The notes beneath the pieces were generated by a model. That model had not been told where the DNA came from and made no database searches. It saw only the letters and a program-made list of their open reading frames with translations. Positions 19,762 to 29,915 of a stretch of 64,000 nucleotides of DNA are shown here, piece after piece. Made by a program: the position numbers and the translations under genes. The stretch is from an uncultured delta proteobacterium (GTDB lineage Bacteria > Desulfobacterota > Zymogenia > Zymogenales > Zymogenaceae): assembly GCA_963735595.1 (NCBI GenBank), contig CAVTLK010000001.1:160001-224000 (forward strand), written 5' to 3'. Numbering within the stretch: the stretch's first letter is position 1; every line of letters begins with the position of its first letter.

Positions 19762-20570
19762 GACCGTCCTTCTATGAGCTGCCCGGTGGATAGATCGAGC
19801 GCGCGTCACGGTACCGTTCTTTTTGAAGAAACCAAGGTTGACGGCGTGCGTCCGGCCGATCCTCATGCTCTGTCGACTCGGGTTATGGACGTGGCCGAAG
19901 AAGGCGTAGGCGGGGTGATAAGGTGTTAATGTAGTCCAGACAGGGCGTCGCTGGCCGGCTCCTGTCGTTTTGCGAACAACGTCGTAGGTCAGCTCCGGTA
20001 TCATCGGCGGTATGTGGGTGACAATGATATCGACGGGTCCCAGCGAAAATATCCGCTGTCGGAAGGTGTCGGCGGGGATCTCTCCGGCAAGTCCCATGGT
20101 GCGGTGGCCCTCGGGCATCCCGGATACAAGGCCGATCGAAAGGCCTCCGTTTTGACGATTCCCGATTCGACAATCCGGGCCTTTCCGTCGAGCTTCGTTT
20201 TCAGAAATCGAGGGTAGTCATCGTTACCGAAGATGATGATAGGTCTTACGCGAGAGGGTACGCGAGAGACGTTCGTAGGTATCCTCGATGAGGGGGCGGA
20301 CCCGCTCGTAGCGCTGATGTCCCGGTGTCGATATCTCGCGGATACCCTCGCGAACCCGGTCAAGATTTCCCCGGGCGTACTCCTTGAGGCCCTCGGCGAG
20401 CTTCTCCGGGGTAAATGCGTGGTAGAGGATGCCCTTGGTGATGTCGGTAAAATCCATGAAGTTGAGGAGATCCCCGGCAATGAAGAGGATATCGTCGGCG
20501 GAAACGAGACCGGAAGGGCTCGAACTCGCCGTGTATGTCGCCCGCAAAGACGAGGGTTTTGATCGTCCAT
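19758..20570 (-). pseudogene. Calcineurin-like (Icc-related) metallophosphoesterase, several frameshifts
   Basis: Motifs GDIHG, AGDLLN, FGNDD, THIPP and FGHVH are recoverable in order across alternating frames. Confidence 0.72.
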
Positions 20571-20606
20571 CGCCGATCGCTCCGTGAGGTAATGCGGCAT
20601 TGTAAC

Positions 20607-22796
20607 CTATTTTCGTGCGCGGGGTATACGAAAAAAAGGGTCGATCGGCTTTATCCGAGACCGACACGCGATGCCGATACGATAGGCGACGAATGCAACG
20701 ATCCACGCCAGGACAAGCGAATAGCCGACCGAAAACGACGCAATGGTGGGAGAGGTCTCTTTCTGTATGGCCGCGATAGTGGCCAGACAGGGGGTGTAGA
20801 GGAGGACGAAGACCATGAAGGCGTAAGCGGCCGCCGGCGTCCATCCGCCGCGGATCATCGCGTCCCGATGGAATCGTCTCGCCCGTGCCGTACAGCACGC
20901 CGAAGGTGGAAACGACGATCTCTTTGGCGACGAATCCCGAAAGAAGCGCCACCGACGCCTGCCATGGAAAACCGAGGGGAACGAAGATCGGTTCTATCCA
21001 GAAGACCGATTCTCTCAAGGTAGGTCATGGAATCCGGCCGGACGTCCCGTTGGAGACCGGCCCAAATCCGTACGGGAGGCAGCGGGCATCGTTCTGGAGT
21101 CCCGGGTGGACGATTGTCTCTTCGGCCGTGGTCTTTGCCGGGTGCGGGTGGATTGCCCCGATCCGGGGCCGCGGGATAGGTAGAGAGAAACCAGATTACC
21201 ACCGCTCCAAGGAGAATAACGGTCGTCATCTTTTTCAGGAACAGGGAACCTTGTTCCCACATATGGATCAGCGTCCCCCGAAGCGTTGGGAGGCGGTACG
21301 GCGGAAGCTCCATGACGAAGGGAGGATTGTCGCTCCGGAAGATCGTCTTTTTGAAGAGCCTGCCGATGACAAAGGCCAGGACGATCCCCAGGAGGTATAT
21401 GGAAAATATGACGTTTCCCGCATGGCGGGGGAAAAATGTTCCGGCAAGCAGGATATAGACCGGCAGCCGGGCGCTGCAGCTGACCAGCGGATTAATGAGT
21501 ATGGTGATAATACGGTCCTGTTTCGATTCAAGGGTGCGGGTGGCCGCGATGGCCGGGACGTTGCACCCGAATCCCATGATCATCGGAATGAAGGACTTGC
21601 CGTGGAGGCCGAGCTTGTGCATGACCCTGTCCATGATAAAGGCGGCGCGGGCCATGTAGCCGGAGTCCTCGAAAGATAGAGATGATAAAATAGAGGATGA
21701 AGATGTTTGGAACGAAGACGGCCACGCCGCCGACACCGGGAACGATACCGTCGGCCAGAAGGCTCGAGATAACGCCCGCGGGAAGGGCGGTGCGGAGGGA
21801 AATCACCGAGCCCGTCGACACCGGCGCGATCAGGCGGGTGGGATACTGACCAATGGTGAACGTGAGCTGAAACATCACCCAGATAGAGAAAAATAGTATC
21901 GGAAAACCGAGCAGGCGATGGACGAGTACGGCAGTCGATTCGCCTGGTAATGTCGATCCGGGGCCTCTTTTGTCGTTTCACCGATTCCCTGACGGCCCCG
22001 GCCACGAACCCGTAACGCCGATCAACGATGAGGCCCGATGGGTCGTCGCCGAAGCGGGACTCGATCGTCTGCTTGGCATGGGATGCCGCCGAAAGGGCCT
22101 CCGTGGCGGTTGTGGTTTCTTTTCCGACGAGCGCCTGGATCGCGGCGTCTTCTTCCAGGAGCTTGAGGGCGGTCCAGCGCGAGGAATGCGAGGTTGAGAA
22201 GGACGTCGTCCTTCTCGAGCACGGATTCGAATCGTTTCGATTTGCCGTTCAATCTCCTTGACGTGGCGGACCTCAACGCGCCTCTGGGCCGGTTTGGGCT
22301 GCCGGGCGATCGCCACGACGGCCTGAACAGATTCTCCAGTCCTTGCGCCGTCGTCCCGACCAGCGGGGACGATCGGGGCGTCGAACAGCTCCGAAAGACG
22401 ACGGTATCGATGATCAATCCGTTGTCGTGGGCGAGGTCCGTCATGGTGAAGGCAAGAACGAGCCGTGTGTCCAAGCTCGATCAGCTGGGTGGTAAGATAG
22501 AGGTTACGCTGCAAGGTTGGACGCGTCCACGACGTTGATGATGACGTCCGGCTTCTGCTTCAGGATAAATTTCGGGCGATAATCTCTTCGATCGAATAGG
22601 CCGTGAGGCTGTAGGTTCCCGGCAGGTCTATGATGTGTATCGTATAGTCCTTGTAGGTGACATGACCTTCCTTCTTATCGACGGTCACTCCGCCCCAATT
22701 GCCGACCTTCTGCCGGGAACCGGTCAGGCGATTGAAGATCGTTGTCTTCCCCGCGTTGGGATTGCCGGCAAGGGCAACGGTTATCCCCTGCGCCAT
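20607..22796 (-). pseudogene. feoB: Ferrous iron transporter FeoB, many frameshifts
   Basis: [74 protein letters not shown] and LYTPC spread over about 8 fragments. 3' end approximate. Confidence 0.9.
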
Positions 22797-23080
22797 CGGT
22801 TCCTCCGTCCCCGCCCGCGGGGCGGTTCGGCCAATACTGACGGTTCGTGATCGGAAAGCGGGGATACTACCTCAACCATCGCGGCGTCGGCCCGCCGAAG
22901 GCTTACATGGTATTCCATAATGATGAATTCGACCGGGTCTCTGAGGGGTGCGTATCGCTGGACAAAGACCGTTTCACCGGGAACGAAGCCCATTTCCATG
23001 AGCCTGCGCCTGAACGGCCCGGATCCCCGTATATGGATGATATGCGCAAAATCACCTTCTTTGATATCTCTCAGCGTCAT
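22781..23080 (-). CDS. feoA: Ferrous iron transport protein FeoA
   Basis: RRRLMEMGFVPGETV...APLRDPVEF...VSLRR; immediately upstream of feoB. The C-terminal tail may be extended by an indel. Confidence 0.9.
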   Translation of the reverse strand: MTLRDIKEGDFAHIIHIRGSGPFRRRLMEMGFVPGETVFVQRYAPLRDPVEFIIMEYHVSLRRADAAMVEVVSPLSDHEPSVLAEPPRGRGRRNRWRRG

Positions 23081-23109
23081 TTTTGGGTCTCCGCGGAGAC
23101 GTCAAATGA

Positions 23110-23175
23110 TAAGGCAAAACTAATATAGTTAGACACGACTAACTGTATCTTATACCGCCACGAAATCGTTGTCAA
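23110..23175 (-). promoter_or_regulatory. feoAB promoter with two DtxR/IdeR/MntR-like boxes
   Basis: Minus strand TTGACA (23175-23170), 17 bp, TAAGAT (23152-23147). Boxes TAAGGCAAAACTAA (23110-23123) and TTAGACACGACTAA (23129-23142). Confidence 0.6.
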
Positions 23176-23279
23176 GACTATTAATCGAATGGATGCCCGA
23201 AATAGAATGAAATCCGTGGACCCCGTTCGTATACGGAGGCTGCTTGACAATGGACGGGTCGTCGGCTACAATTGCGGCC

Positions 23280-23997
23280 ATGAAACGGTTCATCTTCATC
23301 GTAGACGACTTCGGTATTTCGCCGGAGGTAAACCGGGCCGTCGATCTGGCATATCGCGCCGGCGCGGTTAAGTTCGTCTCGCTCATGGTATCGGGGAACG
23401 CGGCCCGCGAGGCGGTGGCGATGGCCCGTGAATGCCCGGGAATGACCGCGGGGCTGCACCTTAAGGTCGACGACCTGATCGGCGTCGATCACGGAGTTTG
23501 GGCCGGAGAGAGGTGTCCCGCCCTATCGGACCTCGTCAACAAGCCATCGCTGCGCGATGCGGTACGTCATGAGTGCGAGCGACAGATCGAGGCCTATTTC
23601 TCTCACGGGTTTTCCCCGACATTTCTGAACAGCCACTTTCATATTCATGCAATCCCATCGCTTTCGGATATCTTTATCGACCTAGCCGCGGAGCACGGAT
23701 TCGGCTTTATGCGTTTCTCTCCGCACGATCCGCTCCTGGTACATCCCGATCTGGCGATTTCGGAAGAAGACCTCGAAACGATGGCGGCGAAGACTCGCGG
23801 ATAGGGGTATTGGCCACGCCGATTGGTATAAGCCGACGTTCTGCTATTTCTACCCGCCCGAGCTTTCGGCCGGGTTGACGGAGATCGCGTTTCACCCGGC
23901 GTGGGGAGATTCGGATATCGGGCACTTCGACCTGGCGCGGCTCCTTTCGTGGGGAAGCATACTTAAATCCGGGGGCGGCAGGGACGTCGAAATATGA
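23280..23997 (+). pseudogene. YdjC/ChbG/HpnK-family carbohydrate deacetylase, frameshifted near the 3' end
   Basis: IVDDFG, GLHL and NSHFHIH; the C-terminal TEIAFHP motif lies in another frame after the stop at 23804. Confidence 0.75.
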
Positions 23998-24003
23998 GAA
24001 GAA

Positions 24004-24375
24004 ATGAACCGGTCAAAACAGGTATTTGAAGAATATGTCAGGCGAGCTCTCGAAATGCTTCCGGAGGAGTTCCGGGAGCGCATGGACAATATCGCCATTT
24101 CCGTGGAGCCGTACCCAACCCGGGAAGACCTGCGGTCGGTGGGTTTAACAAACAAGCGGCACCTCCTGGGTATCTTCCACGGCATTCCCTTCAACAGCGT
24201 CAGCCCCTTCTATTCCGGGCCGGTAATGCCGTCTGAGATCGTGCTGTTTCAGAAGAACATCGAGGCGATAGCGGAAACGGAAGAAGACCTGGTCGACGAA
24301 ATCCGTATCACGCTGTTGCACGAGATAGGCCACTATTTCGGCATGGACGATGATGAGCTCGAACGGTATCAGTAA
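24004..24375 (+). CDS. Zincin-like metallopeptidase (Zn-dependent, minimal MMP-like)
   Basis: LLGIFHG and ITLLHEIGHYFG (HExxH). Confidence 0.88.
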   Translation: MNRSKQVFEEYVRRALEMLPEEFRERMDNIAISVEPYPTREDLRSVGLTNKRHLLGIFHGIPFNSVSPFYSGPVMPSEIVLFQKNIEAIAETEEDLVDEIRITLLHEIGHYFGMDDDELERYQ

Positions 24376-24470
24376 CCGCGTCGGTAACCGCAATATTCTA
24401 CGGTTAGCCGGGCGAAATCGGTTCAAGACGGCAGCGAATATACTATCGCGTAGGAATCCGTAACAATCTC

Positions 24471-24499
24471 TTGACGTGCTGAAGTCGGTATATTAGGAT
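24471..24499 (+). promoter_or_regulatory. Sigma70-type promoter for the BKACE-SDR cluster
   Basis: TTGACG, 17 bp spacer, TAGGAT. Confidence 0.5.
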
Positions 24500-24579
24500 A
24501 TCATAACAAAAGTTTCTGATTATATCTGCCAGCTCCGGTATAGATCGGTTTGCTCGTTTGTCGTTTTTGGAGGCATACC

Positions 24580-25470
24580 GTGAACACGACACTGCTATCG
24601 GAAGAGAAGGTCATTATAACCGCAGCCATCACGGGGGGCATCCATGGCAAATGGGCCAATGCCGCCCTTCCGGTTACCCCGGAAGAGCAGGCCCAGGACG
24701 CCCTTGACTGCTACAACGCGGGGGCGGCGGTGCTCCACCTCCACGTCCGTGGCGCCGATGGTCAGAATACACCCGATCTGGATATTTATAATAAGGCAAT
24801 GGGGCTCATCGGGCAGAAGTGCCCCATCATCCGCCAGATTGGAAACGGGATCGGCGCTCAGTTGGACGAGAAGGGCGCTATTATCAACGCGACGCTCGAG
24901 CAGCGGCTCAACCTCCTTAATATAAATCCGGCTCCGGAGATGCATACGATAAACGCCGGTACTTTCGAATTCAGGACAAAATATGGCGGCGCGGTCTTCA
25001 ATAACCCCCTGGCATTCAACGAACAGTACGTCAGGAAATGCCGGGAAAAAGGGTTCGGGATAGAGATCGAGGTTTACGACGCAAGTCACGTCTCCAACAT
25101 GGTAGAGCTCTATGATATGGGAGTTCTCGCCAGGCCGCTCCATTTCAGTATCGTTCTGGGAATCATGGGCGGGGCCCCCGCCACCCCGGCAAATCTCTTC
25201 CACATGCTGGGCCAGCTGCCGGAAGGTTCGACCTGGCAGGTAGTGACCATCGGGAAATACCACCTCAGGAGCACGATTATCGCCATGTCGATGGGAGGAA
25301 ACATCAGGACCGGCCTCGAAGATACCCTTCACTACCGAAAGGGAGAGCCCGCCAAGGGCAACGCGCAACTGGTCGAACGGATGGCGCGGATAGCAAGAGA
25401 TATCGGCAGGGAGCCGGCTACGGTCGAGGAGGCGCGCGTGATCCTCGGACTTTCGGGAGCTTCCGCTTAA
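24580..25470 (+). CDS. Beta-keto acid cleavage enzyme (BKACE/DUF849, Kce-like)
   Basis: IITAAITG, PVTPEE, AGAAVLHLHVR, EIEVYD, GGNIRTGLED, GREPATVEEAR. Confidence 0.92.
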   Translation: MNTTLLSEEKVIITAAITGGIHGKWANAALPVTPEEQAQDALDCYNAGAAVLHLHVRGADGQNTPDLDIYNKAMGLIGQKCPIIRQIGNGIGAQLDEKGAIINATLEQRLNLLNINPAPEMHTINAGTFEFRTKYGGAVFNNPLAFNEQYVRKCREKGFGIEIEVYDASHVSNMVELYDMGVLARPLHFSIVLGIMGGAPATPANLFHMLGQLPEGSTWQVVTIGKYHLRSTIIAMSMGGNIRTGLEDTLHYRKGEPAKGNAQLVERMARIARDIGREPATVEEARVILGLSGASA

Positions 25471-25491
25471 CGATCCGACAGGACGAATGGT

Positions 25492-26304
25492 ATGATGCAG
25501 AAGAAGGCCCGATTCAAGGGCAGGGTCGTATGGATTACCGGGGCGTCTTCCGGGATTGGGGAGGCGCTTGCCCGCCGGTTTAACGAGGAGGGCGCTCGCC
25601 TTATCCTCTCCTCAAACGAGCCGGGCGAGCTCAAGCGGGTGAAGGCGCGTCTTACCAACGGCAAGGCGGAAACCATGCTCTTGACCCTTGACCTCAATAA
25701 ACCCATGACCATCAAGCCCAAGGCACAAAAGGCGCTGGACCGGTTCGGCCATATCGACCTCCTCATCAACAACGGAGGGATCAGCCAGCGCTCACTCGTA
25801 AAGGATACGTCGCTTTCGGTTGACATAAAAATCATCAACACCGATTTCCTGGGCCACGTTGCCCTGACCAAGGCGGTGTTGCCTTCGATGCTTAGACGGC
25901 GCCAGGGCCATATAGTGGTGACGAGCAGCATCATGGGAAAGATCTATACCCCGCTGAGGTCGACGTATGCTGCGGCAAAACAGGCGCTGCACGGTTTTTT
26001 CGATTCGCTGAGGGCGGAGGTAAGCCGGGATAATATCCGTGTTACGATTGTCTGTCCCACGGGGGTTAAGACGGGCATATCGCTTAACGCGGTTACCGGT
26101 GACGGCACCAAGTACGGCAAGATGGATGAGCTGATGGTCAAAGGGCTTACCGCCGAAGAGTGCGCCGATCGCATCGTCAGGGCCATTGTCGCCGAAAAAG
26201 AAGAGGTCATCATCGGCAGGGGCCTCATCAAGTACTCCGCCCATGTCCGCCGTTTTTTTCCGCGCATCTATTCACTGCTTATCAGACGAATGAAGGTAAC
26301 CTGA
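25492..26304 (+). CDS. Short-chain dehydrogenase/reductase (DHRS7-like)
   Basis: TGASSGIG, NNGG, and YAAAK (YxxxK). Confidence 0.92.
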   Translation: MMQKKARFKGRVVWITGASSGIGEALARRFNEEGARLILSSNEPGELKRVKARLTNGKAETMLLTLDLNKPMTIKPKAQKALDRFGHIDLLINNGGISQRSLVKDTSLSVDIKIINTDFLGHVALTKAVLPSMLRRRQGHIVVTSSIMGKIYTPLRSTYAAAKQALHGFFDSLRAEVSRDNIRVTIVCPTGVKTGISLNAVTGDGTKYGKMDELMVKGLTAEECADRIVRAIVAEKEEVIIGRGLIKYSAHVRRFFPRIYSLLIRRMKVT

Positions 26305-26389
26305 TGCCGGGCAAAAGCGGCCCGGTTTCCGGTATCTCGGGCGGGGATGAGTATCGTGCGTCCCACACTAACCGATACACTGTAATCGT

Positions 26390-27148
26390 ATGGACGAAAA
26401 GCTGATTGTCTTGATGGGGATTGTGCTGCTCTCGTTCACGTCGCAGGCCCTATCGGGATTCGGAAGCATTATCATCGCGGTAACGCTCGGGTCACATCTC
26501 TACCCCATCAAGGAGCTCCTGCCGGTTCTTGTTCCGCTGGACGTTTTGGTTAACGGCTACCTCGTGGCGCGGCACCGCTCCACGGTAGACACCGGGTTTC
26601 TTGCGAGGAAGATACTTCTTCCGGTGGGCGCAGGTTTTGCCGTGGGGGTTATCATGTTCAGCCTGCTTGACAGCTCTATCCTGAAGGGAGTATTCGGCGC
26701 CTTCGTTGTCGCCATATCCGTGCGCGAGCTGCTGCTGGCAGTGCGGACGGCGGAGCCACGAACGATATCTCCGGTGGGGCGGGCCGGATATCTGGCTCTG
26801 GGAGGGCTCATCCAGGGTGTTTTTGCCTCGGGTGGGCCTCCGGTGGTATACGCCGTCGGCCGGTCTCTCCATGATAAGACAGTATTCCGGAGCACGCTGG
26901 CGGCGCTCTGGTTTTCCGTGAATTCGATCCTGCTGGCGACCTACGCGATGACGCACCGGCTGACGCCGGAGACCCTGAAAGATTCCGCGATTCTGCTGCC
27001 GATAGTGGTGCTGGGTATCGTGATCGGGGAGGTGCTGCACCGGTATATAAACGAGAAGCATTTCAGGATCGTGATATTCTGTATCCTGATCGTCGCGGGG
27101 CTGTCGATACTGGTGCCAATACTACTGCAGGTAGTCGGCGGACTGTAG
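26390..27148 (+). CDS. TauE/SafE (TSUP) family membrane transporter
   Basis: SGFGS and ASGGPP motifs; about 8 TM segments. Confidence 0.85.
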   Translation: MDEKLIVLMGIVLLSFTSQALSGFGSIIIAVTLGSHLYPIKELLPVLVPLDVLVNGYLVARHRSTVDTGFLARKILLPVGAGFAVGVIMFSLLDSSILKGVFGAFVVAISVRELLLAVRTAEPRTISPVGRAGYLALGGLIQGVFASGGPPVVYAVGRSLHDKTVFRSTLAALWFSVNSILLATYAMTHRLTPETLKDSAILLPIVVLGIVIGEVLHRYINEKHFRIVIFCILIVAGLSILVPILLQVVGGL

Positions 27149-27231
27149 AGGAAGTCGGCGAAGCCTCGCGAGGCGTCCGGCCGGCCTCTATATGTGCCGA
27201 GTATGCTAAGACCTTACGCGCGTCGTCGTCT

Positions 27232-27795
27232 CTACTTTCTCTCTTCAATCATGGCTCCCTCCGGGGCAAACCTCCGTATAGCCTCGATGCTCTTCTTAAT
27301 AGAGGTTCCCATGTAACGGCGGTCAAGCCATAGGGCGTAGTTCGCGTAGTAAATACCCGCGGAGGTGGCCAGGCCCGCCGGGATTTCGGGCGACTGTTTA
27401 AACCGCACCTCCAACCCCACGGCTGCGTCCGGACTGGCCGAGAGCATCCGGTAGCCGATGCCGTATACGGCCTTCTCGAAATATTTCCATTCAAAGAGCC
27501 GCTGCTCGTAACCCATGCCCGTTCCGAAGGAAATACCCTCTGCGGAGACCCGCATCATCACGGGAGGACACAGGAGATAGAGTCCCTCCTTCCAGACGAC
27601 GAGTCCGCCGACCACCACGAAGAAGAGCTTGAAGAAAAAGTAGAGGATCTCCCGGCCCGGGTGGGGCGGATAATTGAGAATCGCCTTGAAAACCAGCGCG
27701 TCCAGCCCGACGATTAGAAAGGCAAGGCCGATAATGAAAAAGAAGAAGAGGCTCAACCGGAATACCTTGACCTCGAAGACACCTTGACTGCTCAT
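27232..27795 (-). CDS. Hypothetical membrane protein (2 TM plus soluble C-terminal domain)
   Basis: 187-aa ORF with two hydrophobic segments, filling the gap between identified genes. Confidence 0.6.
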   Translation of the reverse strand: MSSQGVFEVKVFRLSLFFFFIIGLAFLIVGLDALVFKAILNYPPHPGREILYFFFKLFFVVVGGLVVWKEGLYLLCPPVMMRVSAEGISFGTGMGYEQRLFEWKYFEKAVYGIGYRMLSASPDAAVGLEVRFKQSPEIPAGLATSAGIYYANYALWLDRRYMGTSIKKSIEAIRRFAPEGAMIEERK

Positions 27796-28013
27796 AATCG
27801 GAAACCTACCATACTGTAAAAGGAACGGCGGTACTATAGCACACGCCGGTACAACAGAAAAGGAAATCCGTTACGGGGGAAGGGGGCGCGAAATCCAATA
27901 ACGCCCGATTTGGGCGGTTGAAATCCAAAAGGATATCTGGTATAGTGCAAAACAAATCGGAGGGATCAACACTTACTGCAATCACACGTAACTATACCAG
28001 AGGAGGGTTTACT

Positions 28014-28226
28014 ATGTCGGATGAGAGAGTGGCACGGGTTACCGAGGTTATCTGCGGCTCGTCTGTCAGCTTCGATGACGCAATTAAAAAGGGAATAAAG
28101 CGGGCGTCCCAGACGTTGAGACACATCGTTGGGGTGAAGGTAAAGGAATTCCGTGTTCACGTCGAAAACAACGAGATTGAGGAATACCGGGTCAATATGG
28201 ATATCGTCTTTTTACTCGACGAGTAG
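28014..28226 (+). CDS. Dodecin family flavin-binding protein
   Basis: 70 aa, VTEVICGSSVSFDDAIKKGI.RAS.TLR...EYRVNMDIVF; GGAGG RBS; upstream TTGAAA-17-TATAGT. Confidence 0.9.
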   Translation: MSDERVARVTEVICGSSVSFDDAIKKGIKRASQTLRHIVGVKVKEFRVHVENNEIEEYRVNMDIVFLLDE

Positions 28227-28324
28227 ATTCGCACCGGGTCGGGGTCACGTGGTCTCACAACCGTTGATCCGGTCGGCGCATGACCCGAGAGACACTTAAC
28301 CTGCCGGGGGCCGTCTCAGGCCCC

Positions 28325-29083
28325 CTAAATGCCGGGATCTCCTTTCAATACGCCTACGAGCCGCTCGGGATAGTTGGATAATATCCCGGTAACACCAAGG
28401 GCGGCCATCCGCTTCATCTGTTCTTCGCTGTCAACGGTCCAGACGTTTACGAAGAGCCCGGCCGAGAGGGCAGCCGATACAAGGGGCTCATGGACTGAGC
28501 TGTATTCAGGGTGAAGGCCGTCCGCGCCGGCCAGGCGGGCGGGCGTAATCGGATCTATGAACGCGCCGGAAAAGAGTATTCCGCAGAGTATGTCCGGCGC
28601 GATATCCTTTACGTGACGGATCGTCGCATGGTCGAAGGAAGAGACGATTACCCGGTCGGCGGCGGAAAGATCGTTGAGAATGGCGACGACCTTTTCTTCA
28701 ATCCCCTCGTATATACGGGGGCCGTTCTTGATCTCGATATTCAGGGCGACGTCGCGCCCTTTGACAAGGTCGAGAAGCTCCTCCAGTGTCATGATCGTCT
28801 CGCCGGAAAACCCCGGCCCCATCCACGATCCGAAATCGAGCCGCCTCAAGTCGGCAAGCGTGTAAGAGCTGACTTCGCCTTTTCCGTTGCTGGTGAAGTC
28901 AAGGACCTGGTCATGGATGACGACTATGCGGCCGTCCCCGGTCATGTTCAGGTCGGTCTCTATCATATCGATGTCATAGTCAAGTGCCGACAGAAACGAC
29001 GACCGGGTATTCTGCGGCCGCTTCATCGGGTCTCCCCGATGGGCGACGGCGAGGGGCCGACGCTTCAAGAGTTCTCGTATCAT
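28325..29083 (-). CDS. Glycerophosphodiester phosphodiesterase
   Basis: AHRG, ETD, VVIHD, NIEIK, SSFD, VWTVD. Confidence 0.93.
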   Translation of the reverse strand: MIRELLKRRPLAVAHRGDPMKRPQNTRSSFLSALDYDIDMIETDLNMTGDGRIVVIHDQVLDFTSNGKGEVSSYTLADLRRLDFGSWMGPGFSGETIMTLEELLDLVKGRDVALNIEIKNGPRIYEGIEEKVVAILNDLSAADRVIVSSFDHATIRHVKDIAPDILCGILFSGAFIDPITPARLAGADGLHPEYSSVHEPLVSAALSAGLFVNVWTVDSEEQMKRMAALGVTGILSNYPERLVGVLKGDPGI

Positions 29084-29096
29084 GGTTATAGCCCCG

Positions 29097-29915
29097 CTAC
29101 AGGTACGAGTGGAGTCCCGATAGGATAAAGTTCACCCCCAGGAAGGTAAAGACGACACAGAGAAAGCCGATGATAGACAAGACCGCGCTCCTGGTTCCCC
29201 TCCATCCACGGATAAAACGGGCATGAATGAACAGGGCGTAAATGATCCAGGTGATCAGCGACCACGTCTCTTTCGGGTCCCATGACCAGTAAGACCCCCA
29301 GGCGAAGTGTGCCCAGAAGGCGCCGGTTATAATCCCGATGGTCAGAAGCGGCATGCCGGCCAGTATACCCCGGTAGGTCAACTCGTCAAGGGTGTCCCGG
29401 TCGGGGAGTATCCCCCCGGCTCGTTTACGTTTGAAAAGATAGAGGATTGCCGCGACAAACGAGAAGGCAAAAGCGGAATAGGACAGGAAGCAGGTCATTA
29501 CGTGGACCGTGAGCCAGTTGCTCTGCAGGGCAGGAACCAGCGGCCTGATTGAGCGGTCTACGTCGGGAGACAGCGAGGCATAGGCCAAGGCGAGCAGTGA
29601 AAAGGGGGTCATGAAAGCGCCCAGGAACCTATACCCGAAGGCAAATCTGAGCACAAGATAGATAAAGGCGATGACCAGAGAAAAAAAGATAAGGGACTCG
29701 TAGAAATTTGTCAGCGGGATGTGTCCGAAGCCGACCTGATAGCTTTCAATCCATCGTATTACGACGGCAGTAAGGTGCGCGGCAAACGAGATAACGACGA
29801 TGATATCGCCGAGCGTTGCGGCGGTGTCACGTTTTAGCATCCACGAGAGAATAAAACAGATAAAGGCCGCCCCATAGGCGAACGTGACCCAGCTCAGAAT
29901 GACCGGACTCAACAT
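29097..29915 (-). CDS. resC: System II cytochrome c biogenesis protein (ResC/CcsA, WWD domain)
   Basis: WAHFAWGSYWSWDPKETW, PALQSNWLTVHV, and C-terminal GLHSY. Confidence 0.95.
   Translation of the reverse strand: MLSPVILSWVTFAYGAAFICFILSWMLKRDTAATLGDIIVVISFAAHLTAVVIRWIESYQVGFGHIPLTNFYESLIFFSLVIAFIYLVLRFAFGYRFLGAFMTPFSLLALAYASLSPDVDRSIRPLVPALQSNWLTVHVMTCFLSYSAFAFSFVAAILYLFKRKRAGGILPDRDTLDELTYRGILAGMPLLTIGIITGAFWAHFAWGSYWSWDPKETWSLITWIIYALFIHARFIRGWRGTRSAVLSIIGFLCVVFTFLGVNFILSGLHSYL

Noticed and set aside
19700..23900. Programmed frameshifting or alternative genetic code as the cause of the split genes
   Set aside because: The breaks are frame changes, numerous and of both signs, with no shared slippery motif; all three stop codons terminate genes normally elsewhere.
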